Shown here: piece by piece, positions 10,607-23,039 of the stretch | How the letters are laid out: each line of letters opens with the position of its first letter | How positions within the stretch are numbered: position 1 is the stretch's first letter | From: Nitrospirota bacterium | Lineage (GTDB): Bacteria > Nitrospirota > Thermodesulfovibrionia > Thermodesulfovibrionales > UBA9159 | NCBI GenBank assembly: GCA_963699545.1 | Contig: CAVOUE010000007.1 | Span: forward strand, 64,183 to 128,182 | Reading direction: 5' to 3' | DNA length: 64,000 nucleotides | Notes under the pieces: generated by a model | Databases searched by the model: none | The model's input: only the letters and a program-made list of their open reading frames with translations | Told to the model about the DNA's origin: nothing | Made by a program: the position numbers and the translations under genes

Positions 10607-12778
10607 TCAGCTCCACATCATGGCCTCAAAGTCGGGTGTCGGTACGGCAACAGTGATATAGCCCCTCCACGGACATCGCTCGAACTGCTCCCCTTCCTTC
10701 CTGACCGTGATGAAGAGATGCAGCTCGTCCCGCTCCTTTGCCCTGATATCCCGAAAAGGGATCGCGCACTCAAGGATCTCGTCAACCGCGACATCCGTGA
10801 TCTCCCTGATCTCGGACCAGGTACCGTCGCTTCCGTCCAGGAGATTTGCCGTAGTCCCTTTTCTCACGGGGACATCGAGCCTGCAAGGGAAAGGCCTGCT
10901 GATCTCCACGGAAAGCACCGAGCCTTCAGGAAAAGCATCGAAGGTACCCACAGGGTCGACACGGACAAAAAGCGTCTCCTTGTTAAAGCCGTAGTAGATC
11001 CTTGATATGAGGCCCTCGGTCATGTGCATGCTCCCGCCCGATTTTCCCACATCCAAGTGCGCACCCTGATACCACTCAAAATAGCTCGTCATAATACCGT
11101 CGATCTTGGGATGAATAAAGCCCCTGATCTCGACCGAAGGCGCGACAGCCCTGTCCTCTCTGAGGACGGGCACATAGAGGTGCTGGGGGACCTCCTGCCC
11201 GATCTCTTTATACACCTTCATGAGATTCAGCCGGAAGAGCTCGTCGAATTCCCCTGCAAGTTCGGTGGAGTGTTCGTCTCCGTACCACCAGTTCCAGTCG
11301 CTCCCCTCCGCAACGTAGAGGGACTTCCACGCAGAATGCAGTTCCTGTTCGGGATGTGCTCTCTGAAACGCCTCAAGGGCATCCCTCGTCTCCGTCAGAT
11401 AGTCCCATGAGGTATTGTCCTCTTCGTGGCCGATCCAGACATTGAAGTTCGCATAGATCCAGGAACCTGCTGCCAGGTGTTCCAGCTTCCTCCTCCCTCC
11501 CTGCATGTGGAGAAAGTCGGATATGGTGGTGGTCTTCAGGCGTTCATTTCTTGAAAGACCTTCGTACAGATACCGGAAGAAGTCATTGCCGTCGTTCCCG
11601 TAATACTCCCACGCGTTCTCACCATCAAGGATGATCGGAACGACGTGGGGCTCATTCTGCGGCAGCGAACCCTGGATCTGAAGCAGCCGGCTGATCAGAT
11701 CGTTGGCAGCGCTCTTCGGGTCCCACCCGGAGTAGACAAATCCAAGCAGGTCGGAGATCTTGTGGTCCCTGAAAACCATAGAGACACCGGAATATTCATA
11801 GGCAGAGTAAAGAGCGGCCGGGTCAAGCACATTCCCCGATGAGCCCCTCAGGCCTTCCCTGAGCGAACGGGCGAGAATGTCCTCATCAGTGGCGATCCAC
11901 TGTATTCCCGCTTCGTGAAAGGCCCTCACAACGTCTTCGCTCACCGACCCCTCAGACGGCCACATGCCGAGGGGTTTGCTCCCGAACAGCGTTTCGTAGT
12001 GTTCAATCGCCATCCGGATCTGCGTTCGCGCATCCTCGGGATGGGCGAACCGTCTCTTCGGAAGACGCACCTCGGGGACCGGGTCCCTGGCCGTGTTCGT
12101 GTCGCAGAGCAGAGGGAGGATGGGATGATAGAACGGCGTGGTGGATATCTCTATCTGCCCCTTCTGCGAGAGCTCCTTGTATTTAGGGATGATGGCCCGC
12201 AGCAGGGAAAACTGCCTTTCGATCAGGAGTTTCTTTTCGTCCTCCGTAAACCCCTTGCCCTTTGCGGCAAGCTGGCCGAGAAAGGGGTCCTGTGTCCTGA
12301 AGACAGGGTCTATCCATGCAAGGTTGAACAGCACCTGGAGGTCAAGGAAATCGCCGTCGGTAAAGTACCGGACGGCGCGGCGGAGGTCGGTTCCCGAGAA
12401 CCGCATTCCCCTCTTCAGCAGCAGCTCATAGTACCGTGGAAACGGCCTCACCATGGTATCCCAGTTGGCGAGGAAGAATTTCTCGAGGATGAACACCCGC
12501 TCGTCGTCCGTCAGTTCGGACGCCTTTTTGAGAGTGACCTGGAGGAACGAGTCCTGCGCGTCATTATCCGTATAGTCGGTGATCTGCTCCAGCAGGGACG
12601 GTACAAGGTTAAAGGTCTGCTTTATATCGGGAAACTCCTCGAGAACCGCTGCCATATCGAGATAATCCTTTGTCCCGTGAAGTCTCACCCAGGGCAAACG
12701 GTAGATACCGGTGAAAGGGTCTTTGTAATACGGCTGGTGCATGTGCCAGAGGAAGGCAACATGCAGCTGATGGCTCAT
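10607..12778 (-). CDS. Glycoside hydrolase family 57 (amylopullulanase-like)
   Basis: WHMHQP; YHPILPL; GMWPSEG; ILDGENAWEYY; AEGSDWNWW. Confidence 0.93.
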   Translation of the reverse strand: MSHQLHVAFLWHMHQPYYKDPFTGIYRLPWVRLHGTKDYLDMAAVLEEFPDIKQTFNLVPSLLEQITDYTDNDAQDSFLQVTLKKASELTDDERVFILEKFFLANWDTMVRPFPRYYELLLKRGMRFSGTDLRRAVRYFTDGDFLDLQVLFNLAWIDPVFRTQDPFLGQLAAKGKGFTEDEKKLLIERQFSLLRAIIPKYKELSQKGQIEISTTPFYHPILPLLCDTNTARDPVPEVRLPKRRFAHPEDARTQIRMAIEHYETLFGSKPLGMWPSEGSVSEDVVRAFHEAGIQWIATDEDILARSLREGLRGSSGNVLDPAALYSAYEYSGVSMVFRDHKISDLLGFVYSGWDPKSAANDLISRLLQIQGSLPQNEPHVVPIILDGENAWEYYGNDGNDFFRYLYEGLSRNERLKTTTISDFLHMQGGRRKLEHLAAGSWIYANFNVWIGHEEDNTSWDYLTETRDALEAFQRAHPEQELHSAWKSLYVAEGSDWNWWYGDEHSTELAGEFDELFRLNLMKVYKEIGQEVPQHLYVPVLREDRAVAPSVEIRGFIHPKIDGIMTSYFEWYQGAHLDVGKSGGSMHMTEGLISRIYYGFNKETLFVRVDPVGTFDAFPEGSVLSVEISRPFPCRLDVPVRKGTTANLLDGSDGTWSEIREITDVAVDEILECAIPFRDIRAKERDELHLFITVRKEGEQFERCPWRGYITVAVPTPDFEAMMWS

Positions 12779-12793
12779 AGCTGACAGCTCACA
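12766..12793 (-). repeat. Solo heptamer array overlapping the GH57 start codon
   Basis: + strand gctgatg gctcata gctgaca gctcaca. Confidence 0.65.
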
Positions 12794-12841
12794 GAGAAAT
12801 GAACGCCTGAACCATGGACCATGGAGGATGAGCCGGTCTGA

Positions 12842-14448
<1,607 letters not shown>

Positions 14449-14548
14449 CTATAGTGAAAAATATCTCTCACTGCATCTCTTCCCGTGTCCTTCGGGTCGG
14501 TTCTCCCTTTTCCGGTTCACCGCTCATCACTCGTTCGAACAAGGTTGC

Positions 14549-15932
14549 TTATTGCAAGTACTGCTTCAGGCTGTTTTCAACCCGCTCCATATCAACGGGC
14601 AGATCGCCCAATTCGGCCCTGCCGGAGATTTGCCGCAGGCACGTCTCCGTAAATATCCTGAACTGCCTCAGCCTGTCCAGCATTTTATCAAACCCCTTCC
14701 CGTTCACCTCATCCCTGTTGAAGGACAGCACCTTATAAAAAAAAGAAGAGAATTCCTCATAGTCATCGTACCTCAGGAGTTTGAACGTAAAGCTTTGAAA
14801 ATAGAACATGAAATTCCTCATGGCATCGAAAAGAGGGAGCCGCTGCGTTCTCCCGACCGTCCTCGACAAGGGCCAGGAACCGGTTCAGGATCAGGACATC
14901 TTCCCGCAACCTCAGGGATTGTTCACGTTTCGTGATGAAGGCGTCAAAGATCTCGCTCCCTTTCACATCGGGCCGCAAGAACTGTACGAGCTGGACAATG
15001 CTCTGCTCCGTGAGGTTTCTCAGGATGCCGTGACTGTTCTCTATCTTCCCCTTAAGATACTGGGGAGACCTGTTCCTGAATACCTCCCTCAGTTCCTGAA
15101 GGAATACCCTTTTTGATTCCATGGAGGCCTGGTAGAAGATCACTCCGAGAAATGTCCGTAACTCATTCCCGGTGACCGTTCGCATCGCTCTGTCGAGATA
15201 CGCAAGGAGAACGGTGAATTCGGACCGGAGCAGCAGGATGATGAGGAGGGAAGAACTGAGGGAGCCGAACCTGGTCGACGTGTCGGCGTATCTGAGATAT
15301 CTGAGGAAACGGAAAAGATAGAGCAGGACCGTGGAGGAATACTTTTTTGTCTCGGCATCCCTGATGTCCTTCACGACACGGGAAACTTCCCGGTTCTCGA
15401 TCACATCAAAATCGGCATTCAGGTTCCGCTTGAAGGGGTTAAAGAAAGTATTTTCCCGGATCTCCCTCCCGACGATCTGACCTATGTTGGTGAACGTGAG
15501 GTACGGTATGTGCTCGGTCTTCAGGATGTCCGAAATGATCCCCTTGAGGTTAATGAACGTATCGTAGAGCAGGAAGAGGCTTTTTTCGGGCACGTCCTGT
15601 TTGTACAGCTCCTCCCGGAGGGCATCCCTCTTTGTGTCATCCAGGAACTTGGAACGGGCGAACTTCTGGAACCAGTAGATGTTTTTCTTCGTCTCAGGGA
15701 TGATGGCTTCGAGGAGACCCACGATCCTGAGAGTAGTGTCCCTCGCGGCGGACAGTTCGTCAAAGAAATTCCTGCTCGCCATGTCCTCCTTCGAGAGGGG
15801 AAGATTGTCCACATTGAAGAACCGGTCCAGGGCGCGGAGGAGGACGTCCAGTTCAGAGAATATGTCCTTGTTCTTCCTCTTTATGGAAGAGACCCAGCTG
15901 TCCGCCAGTGATCCCACGGGCATGGCATTCAT
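14549..15932 (-). CDS. Hypothetical helical protein, frameshift near 14850
   Basis: ORFs 14763-15932 and 14549-14869 overlap and read as one protein in the gcvH-lpdA run. Confidence 0.75.
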
Positions 15933-15941
15933 CCCGCAAGG

Positions 15942-17328
15942 TCACTTCTTCTGGACATGGATGGCCTCCCCGTGGACATCTTCACACGCTTCCAGCACCC
16001 CTTCGGACAGGGTGGGATGGGCATGTATTGTTTCCACGATACTCTTCACCGTGAGCCCCGCACGCATCGCCAATGCAACCTCGTGAATAAGATCGGATGC
16101 GTGGGACCCCGCAATATGCGCGCCGATTATCCTGTCGGTCGCGGCCTCCGCCATGATCTTGAAAAATCCTGTTATCTCACCCATGGCATGGGCCTTCCCA
16201 AGGGCCCGGTAGAGAAAGCTTCCCTTCCTGAAGGCGATCCCTTTTTCGACTGCCTGATGTTCCCTCAGCCCCACCGAAGCGATCTCAGGAGAGGTAAATA
16301 TGGCAGCGGGCACCACCGAGTAATCCATCCTCGCGTCCTCCGCCGCATGCATTCGATGCAGCAACGATCCCCTCCCTTGATGCCTTATGGGCAAGGAGCA
16401 TGCCTCCGACAACATCGCCGACGGCGTATACTCCCGCAGCATCCGTCTCCATCTTCTCATTGACGATGATCTCGCCCTTCCCGCCTTTTTGTATGCCAAG
16501 GGATTCGATCCCCATGTTTTCGGTGTTAAATGATCTTCCGACAGAGACGATGATCTTCTCCGTGACCACTTCTTTCCCGTCTGAGAGAGAGGAATGCATG
16601 CCGTCTTTCCCGGCCTCGACCTTGGTCACACTCACTCCCGTGAGGAGTTTGATCCCCCTCTTCTTGAACTCTCTTTCGAGGAGTTCCGACACCTCCCCAT
16701 CTTCGGTGGAGAGCGCCCTGTCCCGGATCTCGACCATGGTCACTTCCGTCCCAAGCTCAGAAAACAGGCAAGCGAATTCCGAGCCGATAACCCCTGCCCC
16801 CACGATGAGCAGGCTCTTCGGGATTTCCTTGATGGTGACCGCATCATCACTGGAGAGAATCTTCTCTCCGTCGAAGGGGAATGCGGGGATCCGGGCAGGT
16901 CTTGACCCTGTGGCGATGATGATCCTGTCCGCTTCCACCGTATCTCTTGTGCCATCCTCTTTTTCGACCTCAACGCTTCCCGCACTCAGCAGCTTACCGT
17001 TCCCCTCGATGAGGGAAACGCCCCAGCTCTTGAAGAGCCCCTTGATCCCCTTGACCTGAACCGATACGACCTTGTCCTTCCTCTCCATCATTTTTGGGAG
17101 ATTCGCCGTAACAGTACCGTTCAGTTCAATACCGTAATCGGAGAGACTCTTAAGCTTGTGAAGGATCTCTGCGGAAGCGATCAGCGTCTTGGTGGGGATG
17201 CACCCCCGGTTAAGACACGTCCCCCCCACCTCTGATCGTTCGATCACCGCAGCCTGGGCGCCCAGCTGTGCGGCTTTCAATGCCGCCACATAACCGCCGG
17301 GACCTCCCCCAATGACCACAACTCTCAT
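15942..17328 (-). CDS. lpdA: Dihydrolipoyl dehydrogenase, frameshift near 16340
   Basis: GGGPGGYVAA; GGTCLNRGCIP; GAGVIGSE; C-terminal HAHPTLSE in the second frame. Confidence 0.96.
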
Positions 17329-17710
17329 TTAGCCTCTTCCTCCAGATACCGTTCATATTCCGTGGAATCCATGAGTTCATCCAGCTCTGACTCATCTTCA
17401 ATTTCAAGGACCGCGACCCAGCCCTTCCCGTAGGGCTCTTCGTTGATGACCTCGGGGACTCGGCCAGATCCTCATTCACCTCGATGACCGTCCCGCTCAC
17501 AGGAGATATGACCGAAGAGGTGGCCTTTGTGGATTCTATTTCGGCAAGCTCGCTATTCGCTTCAACGGTGGTTTCCGCGTCGGGAAGGTCGATATAGACG
17601 ATATCGCCGAGGGCCTCCTGGGCATGGTCGGTGATACCGATGGTCGCCCTCTTCCCCGATACCTTCACCCATGTGTGTTCCTTATGATACCTGATATTCT
17701 CCGGATTCAT
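17329..17710 (-). CDS. gcvH: Glycine cleavage system H protein, frameshift near 17460
   Basis: YHKEHTWV..GITDHAQEALGDIVYIDLP..IESTKATS (lipoyl-Lys); shifted frame INEEPYGKGW. Confidence 0.93.
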
Positions 17711-17863
17711 TCGAGCCTCCTTGTCTTATGTGTGAGCATTTCTATCATAGATTTTCCTCTTTGTCAATCGCTTTCTCGGTCTACGTGAGATTGTATCATA
17801 TCTCGCCCGAAGAACGAACCGTTCCCCCTGTGCGCGAGAAAACCCCGGACGCAGAAAAAAAGA

Positions 17864-20455
17864 TCACTGTTTGCGATTCGACAAAACCCGCGATTCAGCC
17901 CTGTTCTTAAGCTCCCTGAGTTGTGCCAGCGCGGTCCTGGACGTCATCTTTGACAGATCCAGGTGAATGAGTTCCAGCAGGAGTGGGTCCAGCCCCGTCA
18001 GGAAAAGATCCATCTGGCCCTGGATCGAGACATCCCTGAGCATAGACCGCGTTTTTCCCGAACCGGTCAGTTCATCCTCAAAGTTCATGAGCACTTCCTT
18101 CGCCCTCCCGATCACCTCTTCGGGAAGTCCGGCAAGGCGGCCTACCTGGATCCCGTAGCTCCTGTCTGCCGGTCCGGGGGCGATCTTCCTCAGGAAGATG
18201 ATCTCTTCTCCCCACTCCTTGACCGAGACATTGTAGTTCTTCACACCGTCGAGGGTGAGACTCAATTCAGTGAGTTCGTTGTAATGGGTGGCGAAAAGCG
18301 TCCTCGCCTTTATTGCCTTTGCGATGTGTTCGGCGACCGCCCAGGCGATGCTGATACCGTCAAAGGTGCTCGTCCCCCTGCCGATCTCGTCCAGGACAAT
18401 GAGACTGCGTTCCGAGGCGTTGTTCAGGATATTCGCCGTCTCGATCATCTCGACCATAAAGGTGCTCTGCCCTTTCGCGAGGAAGTCCGAGGCGCCGATC
18501 CTTGTGAAGATCCTGTCGACAACGCCGATCCTCGCTTCCGTCGCAGGCACGAAGCTTCCCATCTGGGCCATAAGGACGATGAGGGCGATCTGTCTCATAT
18601 AGGTTGACTTCCCTGCCATGTTCGGCCCCGTGAGGATCAGAAGCCGGTCACTTTCGTTGTCGATATAGGTGTTGTTGGGAATGAACGGCTCCGGTAAGAG
18701 CCGTTCGAGCACCGGGTGCCTTCCTTCTACGATCTCGATGACAGCGCTGCTGTCATCAATCACGGGTTTGATGTAATTGTGCCTTCTCGCAACCACCGCA
18801 AGGGAAGTGAGAAAATCCAGGAGAGCAATGACATGACCGCAGGAAATGAGACGGCTGCCCTCTGAACGTATCTTGTCGAGGATCTCCTGGAACAAACCAT
18901 ACTCGAGGGTCTTGAGCTGTTCCTCCGAACCTATGACTTTTGCTTCATATTCCTTGAGCTCGGGGGTGATAAACCTCTCTCCGTTCACAAGGGTCTGTTT
19001 CCTTACGTAGTATTCCGGCACAAGGTCAAGATTTGCCTTCGTCACCTCAATGTAATAGCCGAATATCCTGTTATATCCAACCTTGAGAGAAGAGATCCCG
19101 GCCTTCTTCTTCTCCCTTGCCTCAAGGTCGGCAATGAAATCCTTGCCGCTCACCGAGATCTTCCTGAGTTCATCCACTTCTCTGCTGTATCCGGTCCTGA
19201 GGATGCCTCCTTCCCTGATACCGAGGGGAGGGTTGTCCGTGATCGAGGAGTCTATGAGTTCCCTGACCGCCCTCAGGTCGGGGATATCTTCGCCCAATGA
19301 ACCGAGATATGCATCCGGCGATGATAATGCCGCCTTCTTTATGGCGGGAAGAGCTGCAAGGGAATTTCTGATGGCGATGAGATCCCGCGGGGTGGCTGAT
19401 CCCCCGATCACTCTGGAGGCAAGTCTCTCCAGGTCCTGAACCTTCCGGAAATTGCTGCGCAGTGTCTCGATGAGTTCGTAATCATCCACCAGCGCCTCGA
19501 CCGCCTCAAGGCGCTTCCGTATCGCGGCGACATCGATGAGCGGCCTGAGGAGAGCGCTCCTGAGGTGCCGTCCGCCCATGGGAGTGAGTGTCTCGTCGAG
19601 CACAGCGAGAAGGGTTCCGTCGGTCCCTCCCTTCAGATTGCGTGTGAGTTCAAGGTTACGCTGCGTTGTTGCGTCAAGAAACATATACGCACTCTGAATA
19701 AGAGGGGTGATCTTCTTGAATTGAATGGACTCTTTCTGTGTGTTCTCGATATAGACGATGAGCGCCCCTGCTGCTGATACGGCGGCGTTCATTCCCTCAC
19801 ACCCATACCCTTCCAGGGAAGATACCGCGAAGTGCTTCAGAAGAACCCGGTAGGCCTCGGAGAAGTGAAACGTCCAGTCCTCGGCCGTAGTGGCGTAATA
19901 CCCTTTCATGATCTCGGAATATTGGATATTGTCCTTAAGGCTTTCGGGGAGCAAAAGCTCGGTGGGCTCAAACCTGCTGAGTTCGTCTTCTATGGGCTGC
20001 TCGGTCTCGTAGACCATGAACTCGCCCGTGGAGATATCCGCAAGGGCGACCCCATGCTTTTTCCCGTCAGGAAAGAGACTGAAGAGGTAATTGTTCTCTT
20101 TCGGATTTTCCGGCGTGTACGTCCCGGGAGTGATCACCTTCACCACATCCCGCTGAACAATGCCCTTGCCTTCCTTCGCATCTTCCATCTGTTCGCACAC
20201 GGCGACCCGGTGACCTGCCTTGACAAGCTTTGCTATGTAGGATTCAGCGGCGAAATAGGGTATGCCGCACATGGGGATGGGGTCTTCCTTTGCCCTGTCC
20301 CTGGTCGTGAGCGCGATCTGGAGGATCTTTGAAGCAACCTTCGCGTCTTCACCGAACATCTCGTAAAAGTCACCAAGACGGAACATGAGGATGGCATCCC
20401 CATGCTTCTCTTTGATGCTGAAATACTGCTTCATCAACGGGGTCAGTTCGGGCAT
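17864..20455 (-). CDS. mutS: DNA mismatch repair protein MutS
   Basis: FRLGDFYEMF; TGPNMAGKSTYMRQ; STFMVEM; DEIGRGTST; FATHY. Confidence 0.98.
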   Translation of the reverse strand: MPELTPLMKQYFSIKEKHGDAILMFRLGDFYEMFGEDAKVASKILQIALTTRDRAKEDPIPMCGIPYFAAESYIAKLVKAGHRVAVCEQMEDAKEGKGIVQRDVVKVITPGTYTPENPKENNYLFSLFPDGKKHGVALADISTGEFMVYETEQPIEDELSRFEPTELLLPESLKDNIQYSEIMKGYYATTAEDWTFHFSEAYRVLLKHFAVSSLEGYGCEGMNAAVSAAGALIVYIENTQKESIQFKKITPLIQSAYMFLDATTQRNLELTRNLKGGTDGTLLAVLDETLTPMGGRHLRSALLRPLIDVAAIRKRLEAVEALVDDYELIETLRSNFRKVQDLERLASRVIGGSATPRDLIAIRNSLAALPAIKKAALSSPDAYLGSLGEDIPDLRAVRELIDSSITDNPPLGIREGGILRTGYSREVDELRKISVSGKDFIADLEAREKKKAGISSLKVGYNRIFGYYIEVTKANLDLVPEYYVRKQTLVNGERFITPELKEYEAKVIGSEEQLKTLEYGLFQEILDKIRSEGSRLISCGHVIALLDFLTSLAVVARRHNYIKPVIDDSSAVIEIVEGRHPVLERLLPEPFIPNNTYIDNESDRLLILTGPNMAGKSTYMRQIALIVLMAQMGSFVPATEARIGVVDRIFTRIGASDFLAKGQSTFMVEMIETANILNNASERSLIVLDEIGRGTSTFDGISIAWAVAEHIAKAIKARTLFATHYNELTELSLTLDGVKNYNVSVKEWGEEIIFLRKIAPGPADRSYGIQVGRLAGLPEEVIGRAKEVLMNFEDELTGSGKTRSMLRDVSIQGQMDLFLTGLDPLLLELIHLDLSKMTSRTALAQLRELKNRAESRVLSNRKQ

Positions 20456-20594
20456 AGGATATTAAATACCATAATACGGCGAAAGTGCAAGAGAGGGTGG
20501 TCGCTCACAAATCAGGTATAGATCAAGGCTAAGGACATTATGGATGAGATTCCCGACCTGGACCTTAACGACGATCTCGCTCTCTTGCTCTCTC

Positions 20595-20972
20595 CTAAAA
20601 CGTCACGCTCTGCCGTTCCAGGAGCATTTCCCCCAGGAACGAGCCGGGCTTCACTTCCGCGTTCTTCACCAGCTCCGCCTTATCGAGACCGTAGTGCTTC
20701 ACACAGGATGCACAGATGTAGAACTGCACATCAAAATCTTCCAGCAGGGTTCTCATAAGTTCGTGGACAGGCGAGAACTCGTCCTTCTTCTGAAGCTCGG
20801 ACAACGTCTCGGCAAAGCCCTTCTTTGCGATGAGGACCCCATCGTCCATGAGAAAAAAGACAAGATCGATATCAAAGGCCTTCATGTTGGACGCAAGCTG
20901 CATCGCCCCTGCAACGATGTCAGGCCTGTCGTAGGAGTGGCTGAGGATGAAAACAAATTTTTTGTTCTCCAT
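20595..20972 (-). CDS. DsrE/DsrF-like family protein
   Basis: GAGGA RBS before MENKKFVFIL; FFLMDDGV; YICASCVKHYG; final SVTF. Confidence 0.8.
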   Translation of the reverse strand: MENKKFVFILSHSYDRPDIVAGAMQLASNMKAFDIDLVFFLMDDGVLIAKKGFAETLSELQKKDEFSPVHELMRTLLEDFDVQFYICASCVKHYGLDKAELVKNAEVKPGSFLGEMLLERQSVTF

Positions 20973-21214
20973 AAGTTCCTCCTTTATTTCAATTATATCT
21001 GAAGCAGTGGGTTCCCGTCTTCCCGACAAACGATTTTCTTCTTCTCCGCGCTTCCCGTTAAGGTTCTGCAAACAAAGTTGACTACACAAGGGAAATATGA
21101 CATAATGGCAAGAAATTTGGGTCTTGTGTGGAATCTTTGCGGCATAACGTGTCATTCTGGTACTGTTTTCATAGAAAAGAGGGGCGCTTTTGAGAAATAA
21201 AAATGGAGGGAAAG

Positions 21215-22111
21215 ATGAAACGAGAAAAGCGCAGTAGTCTTCTGGTCGTGTTATGCCTGATGGTGGGGATCGGGATGCTTCTGACGTATGGAGGGTCGGC
21301 CCCCGCACAGACGCCGGCGAAGTCACCAACTCTCGCTGTGGCACAGACGCCGCCGGCGAAAGCACCAACTCTTTCGAATGATGATTGCATTAAATGCCAT
21401 GCAGGTCCGCCTGCGGACGTAATTGCGAATGGAGGAAAACACCAGTATGTCGGTTGCATGGACTGTCACGCCGGTCATCCGCCCACGGTAAAGAAGCCCA
21501 TCCCGCAGTGCAGCCAGTGTCACATGGGCAAACCTCACTATGAACTGAAAGGCTGTCTGGCCTGTCACAGGAATCCTCACACACCCCTGAAGGTCACGTT
21601 CGCGAGCAACGTCACTGACCCGTGTCTCACCTGTCATACCCAGCAGATCGCTCAGCTCAGGGAAAACAAGAGCAAGCATACCGCCCTGTACTGCAGCACG
21701 TGTCACAGCGTTCACCGCAAGGTGCCGGAATGTACTCAGTGTCACAAACCGCACGCCGCAGATATGGGTGCAGGAAACTGTAAGAAATGCCATAAGGCAC
21801 ATATGCCAAAGGTCGTGACCTATGCGTCCGACATCCCGTCAAAAGACTGTGCGGCATGCCATAAAAAGGCATTTGCCCTCCTCGCCGAAAGCGCGGCCAA
21901 GCATAAGACCTTCGCTTGTGCTTTCTGCCATCAGACAAAGCATAAAATGCTGCCTAAGTGCCAGGACTGCCATGGCACTCCCCATCCGGTGGGTATTATG
22001 GCCAAATTCCCGAAATGCGGCGATTGCCACAGCATCGCCCATGACCTGAACCACTGGCCGCCGGCCGGAAAAACTAAAGAGTCACCCGGGGACATGAAGA
22101 AAAAGAAATAG
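21215..22111 (+). CDS. Periplasmic multiheme cytochrome c, 12 CxxCH
   Basis: Signal peptide; CIKCH, CMDCH, CSQCH, CLACH, CLTCH, CSTCH, CTQCH, CKKCH, CAACH, CAFCH, CQDCH, CGDCH. Confidence 0.95.
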   Translation: MKREKRSSLLVVLCLMVGIGMLLTYGGSAPAQTPAKSPTLAVAQTPPAKAPTLSNDDCIKCHAGPPADVIANGGKHQYVGCMDCHAGHPPTVKKPIPQCSQCHMGKPHYELKGCLACHRNPHTPLKVTFASNVTDPCLTCHTQQIAQLRENKSKHTALYCSTCHSVHRKVPECTQCHKPHAADMGAGNCKKCHKAHMPKVVTYASDIPSKDCAACHKKAFALLAESAAKHKTFACAFCHQTKHKMLPKCQDCHGTPHPVGIMAKFPKCGDCHSIAHDLNHWPPAGKTKESPGDMKKKK

Positions 22112-22132
22112 ACACTTCCCGGTGGAGCGACC

Positions 22133-22169
22133 AAGGAGGGCCTGTGAATCACAGGCCCTCCTTTTTTTT
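22133..22169 (+). terminator. Rho-independent terminator
   Basis: aaggagggcctgtga-a-tcacaggccctcctt followed by a T tract. Confidence 0.9.
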
Positions 22170-22255
22170 GCTACTCACCGGGAACGTTCAACATCAGGCG
22201 GTCGGAGTCACGCTGTGGATACATAAAGACCGGTAAGCCAGGATCTTCTTCAGAA

Positions 22256-22330
<75 letters not shown>

Positions 22331-22431
22331 ACTCCATTGGTTATAAACTACCACTCTCTCAAAAGTCAAGGAACGACAACCGTCTATTGTCCGTGCTGCA
22401 TCAGTCCAGTTTGTCATACAACAGCAGGCGT

Positions 22432-23022
22432 TCAAATCTTTGCGATGATATTTTCTAACCCCACGCGTATGAGCATGACCGCAATGGATGCCAGGAGCAG
22501 CGCCATGATCTTTGAAACAGCCAGGATACCCCCCCTGCCGAAGATGGAGAGTATCTTTGCCGAAGCCCTGAAGGAAAGCCAGACGATAATGAGGTTCACA
22601 ATAAAGGAGATGATGGTGGGAACAACGCCGTAGTGATCTACGAGCACAAGGATCGTGGCGAGCACCGCCGGTCCCACGATAAGAGGGACTCCGAGGGGAA
22701 CGACGCCAAGCTTCCCTGCCTGTTCCCGCATCTTCGTGTAGCCCATGAGATCGAGGATCGCAAATATGAGAAGGATAAGTCCTCCTGCGATCTTGAAATC
22801 ATTTTCAGTGATCCCGAGGATCCTGAATATCGCCTCTCCCACGGCAATAAACGTGAGGCCCACCGCCAGGGCAGTGATGACTGATTCACGCTCCACATCA
22901 AGTTTCTTCCTGCCCGGCATCCCTTCGGTCATTGACACAAAAATGGGGATGACGGCAAAGATATCGATCGCCACAAATATCGGGATGAATGCGTAGAGTG
23001 CGTCTCTTATTACGTTTGGCAT
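22432..23022 (-). CDS. MarC family membrane protein
   Basis: FKIAGGLIL; VPLGVPLIVGPA; KIMALLLASIAV. Confidence 0.9.
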   Translation of the reverse strand: MPNVIRDALYAFIPIFVAIDIFAVIPIFVSMTEGMPGRKKLDVERESVITALAVGLTFIAVGEAIFRILGITENDFKIAGGLILLIFAILDLMGYTKMREQAGKLGVVPLGVPLIVGPAVLATILVLVDHYGVVPTIISFIVNLIIVWLSFRASAKILSIFGRGGILAVSKIMALLLASIAVMLIRVGLENIIAKI

Positions 23023-23039
23023 ATCAATTCCTCTTCATG

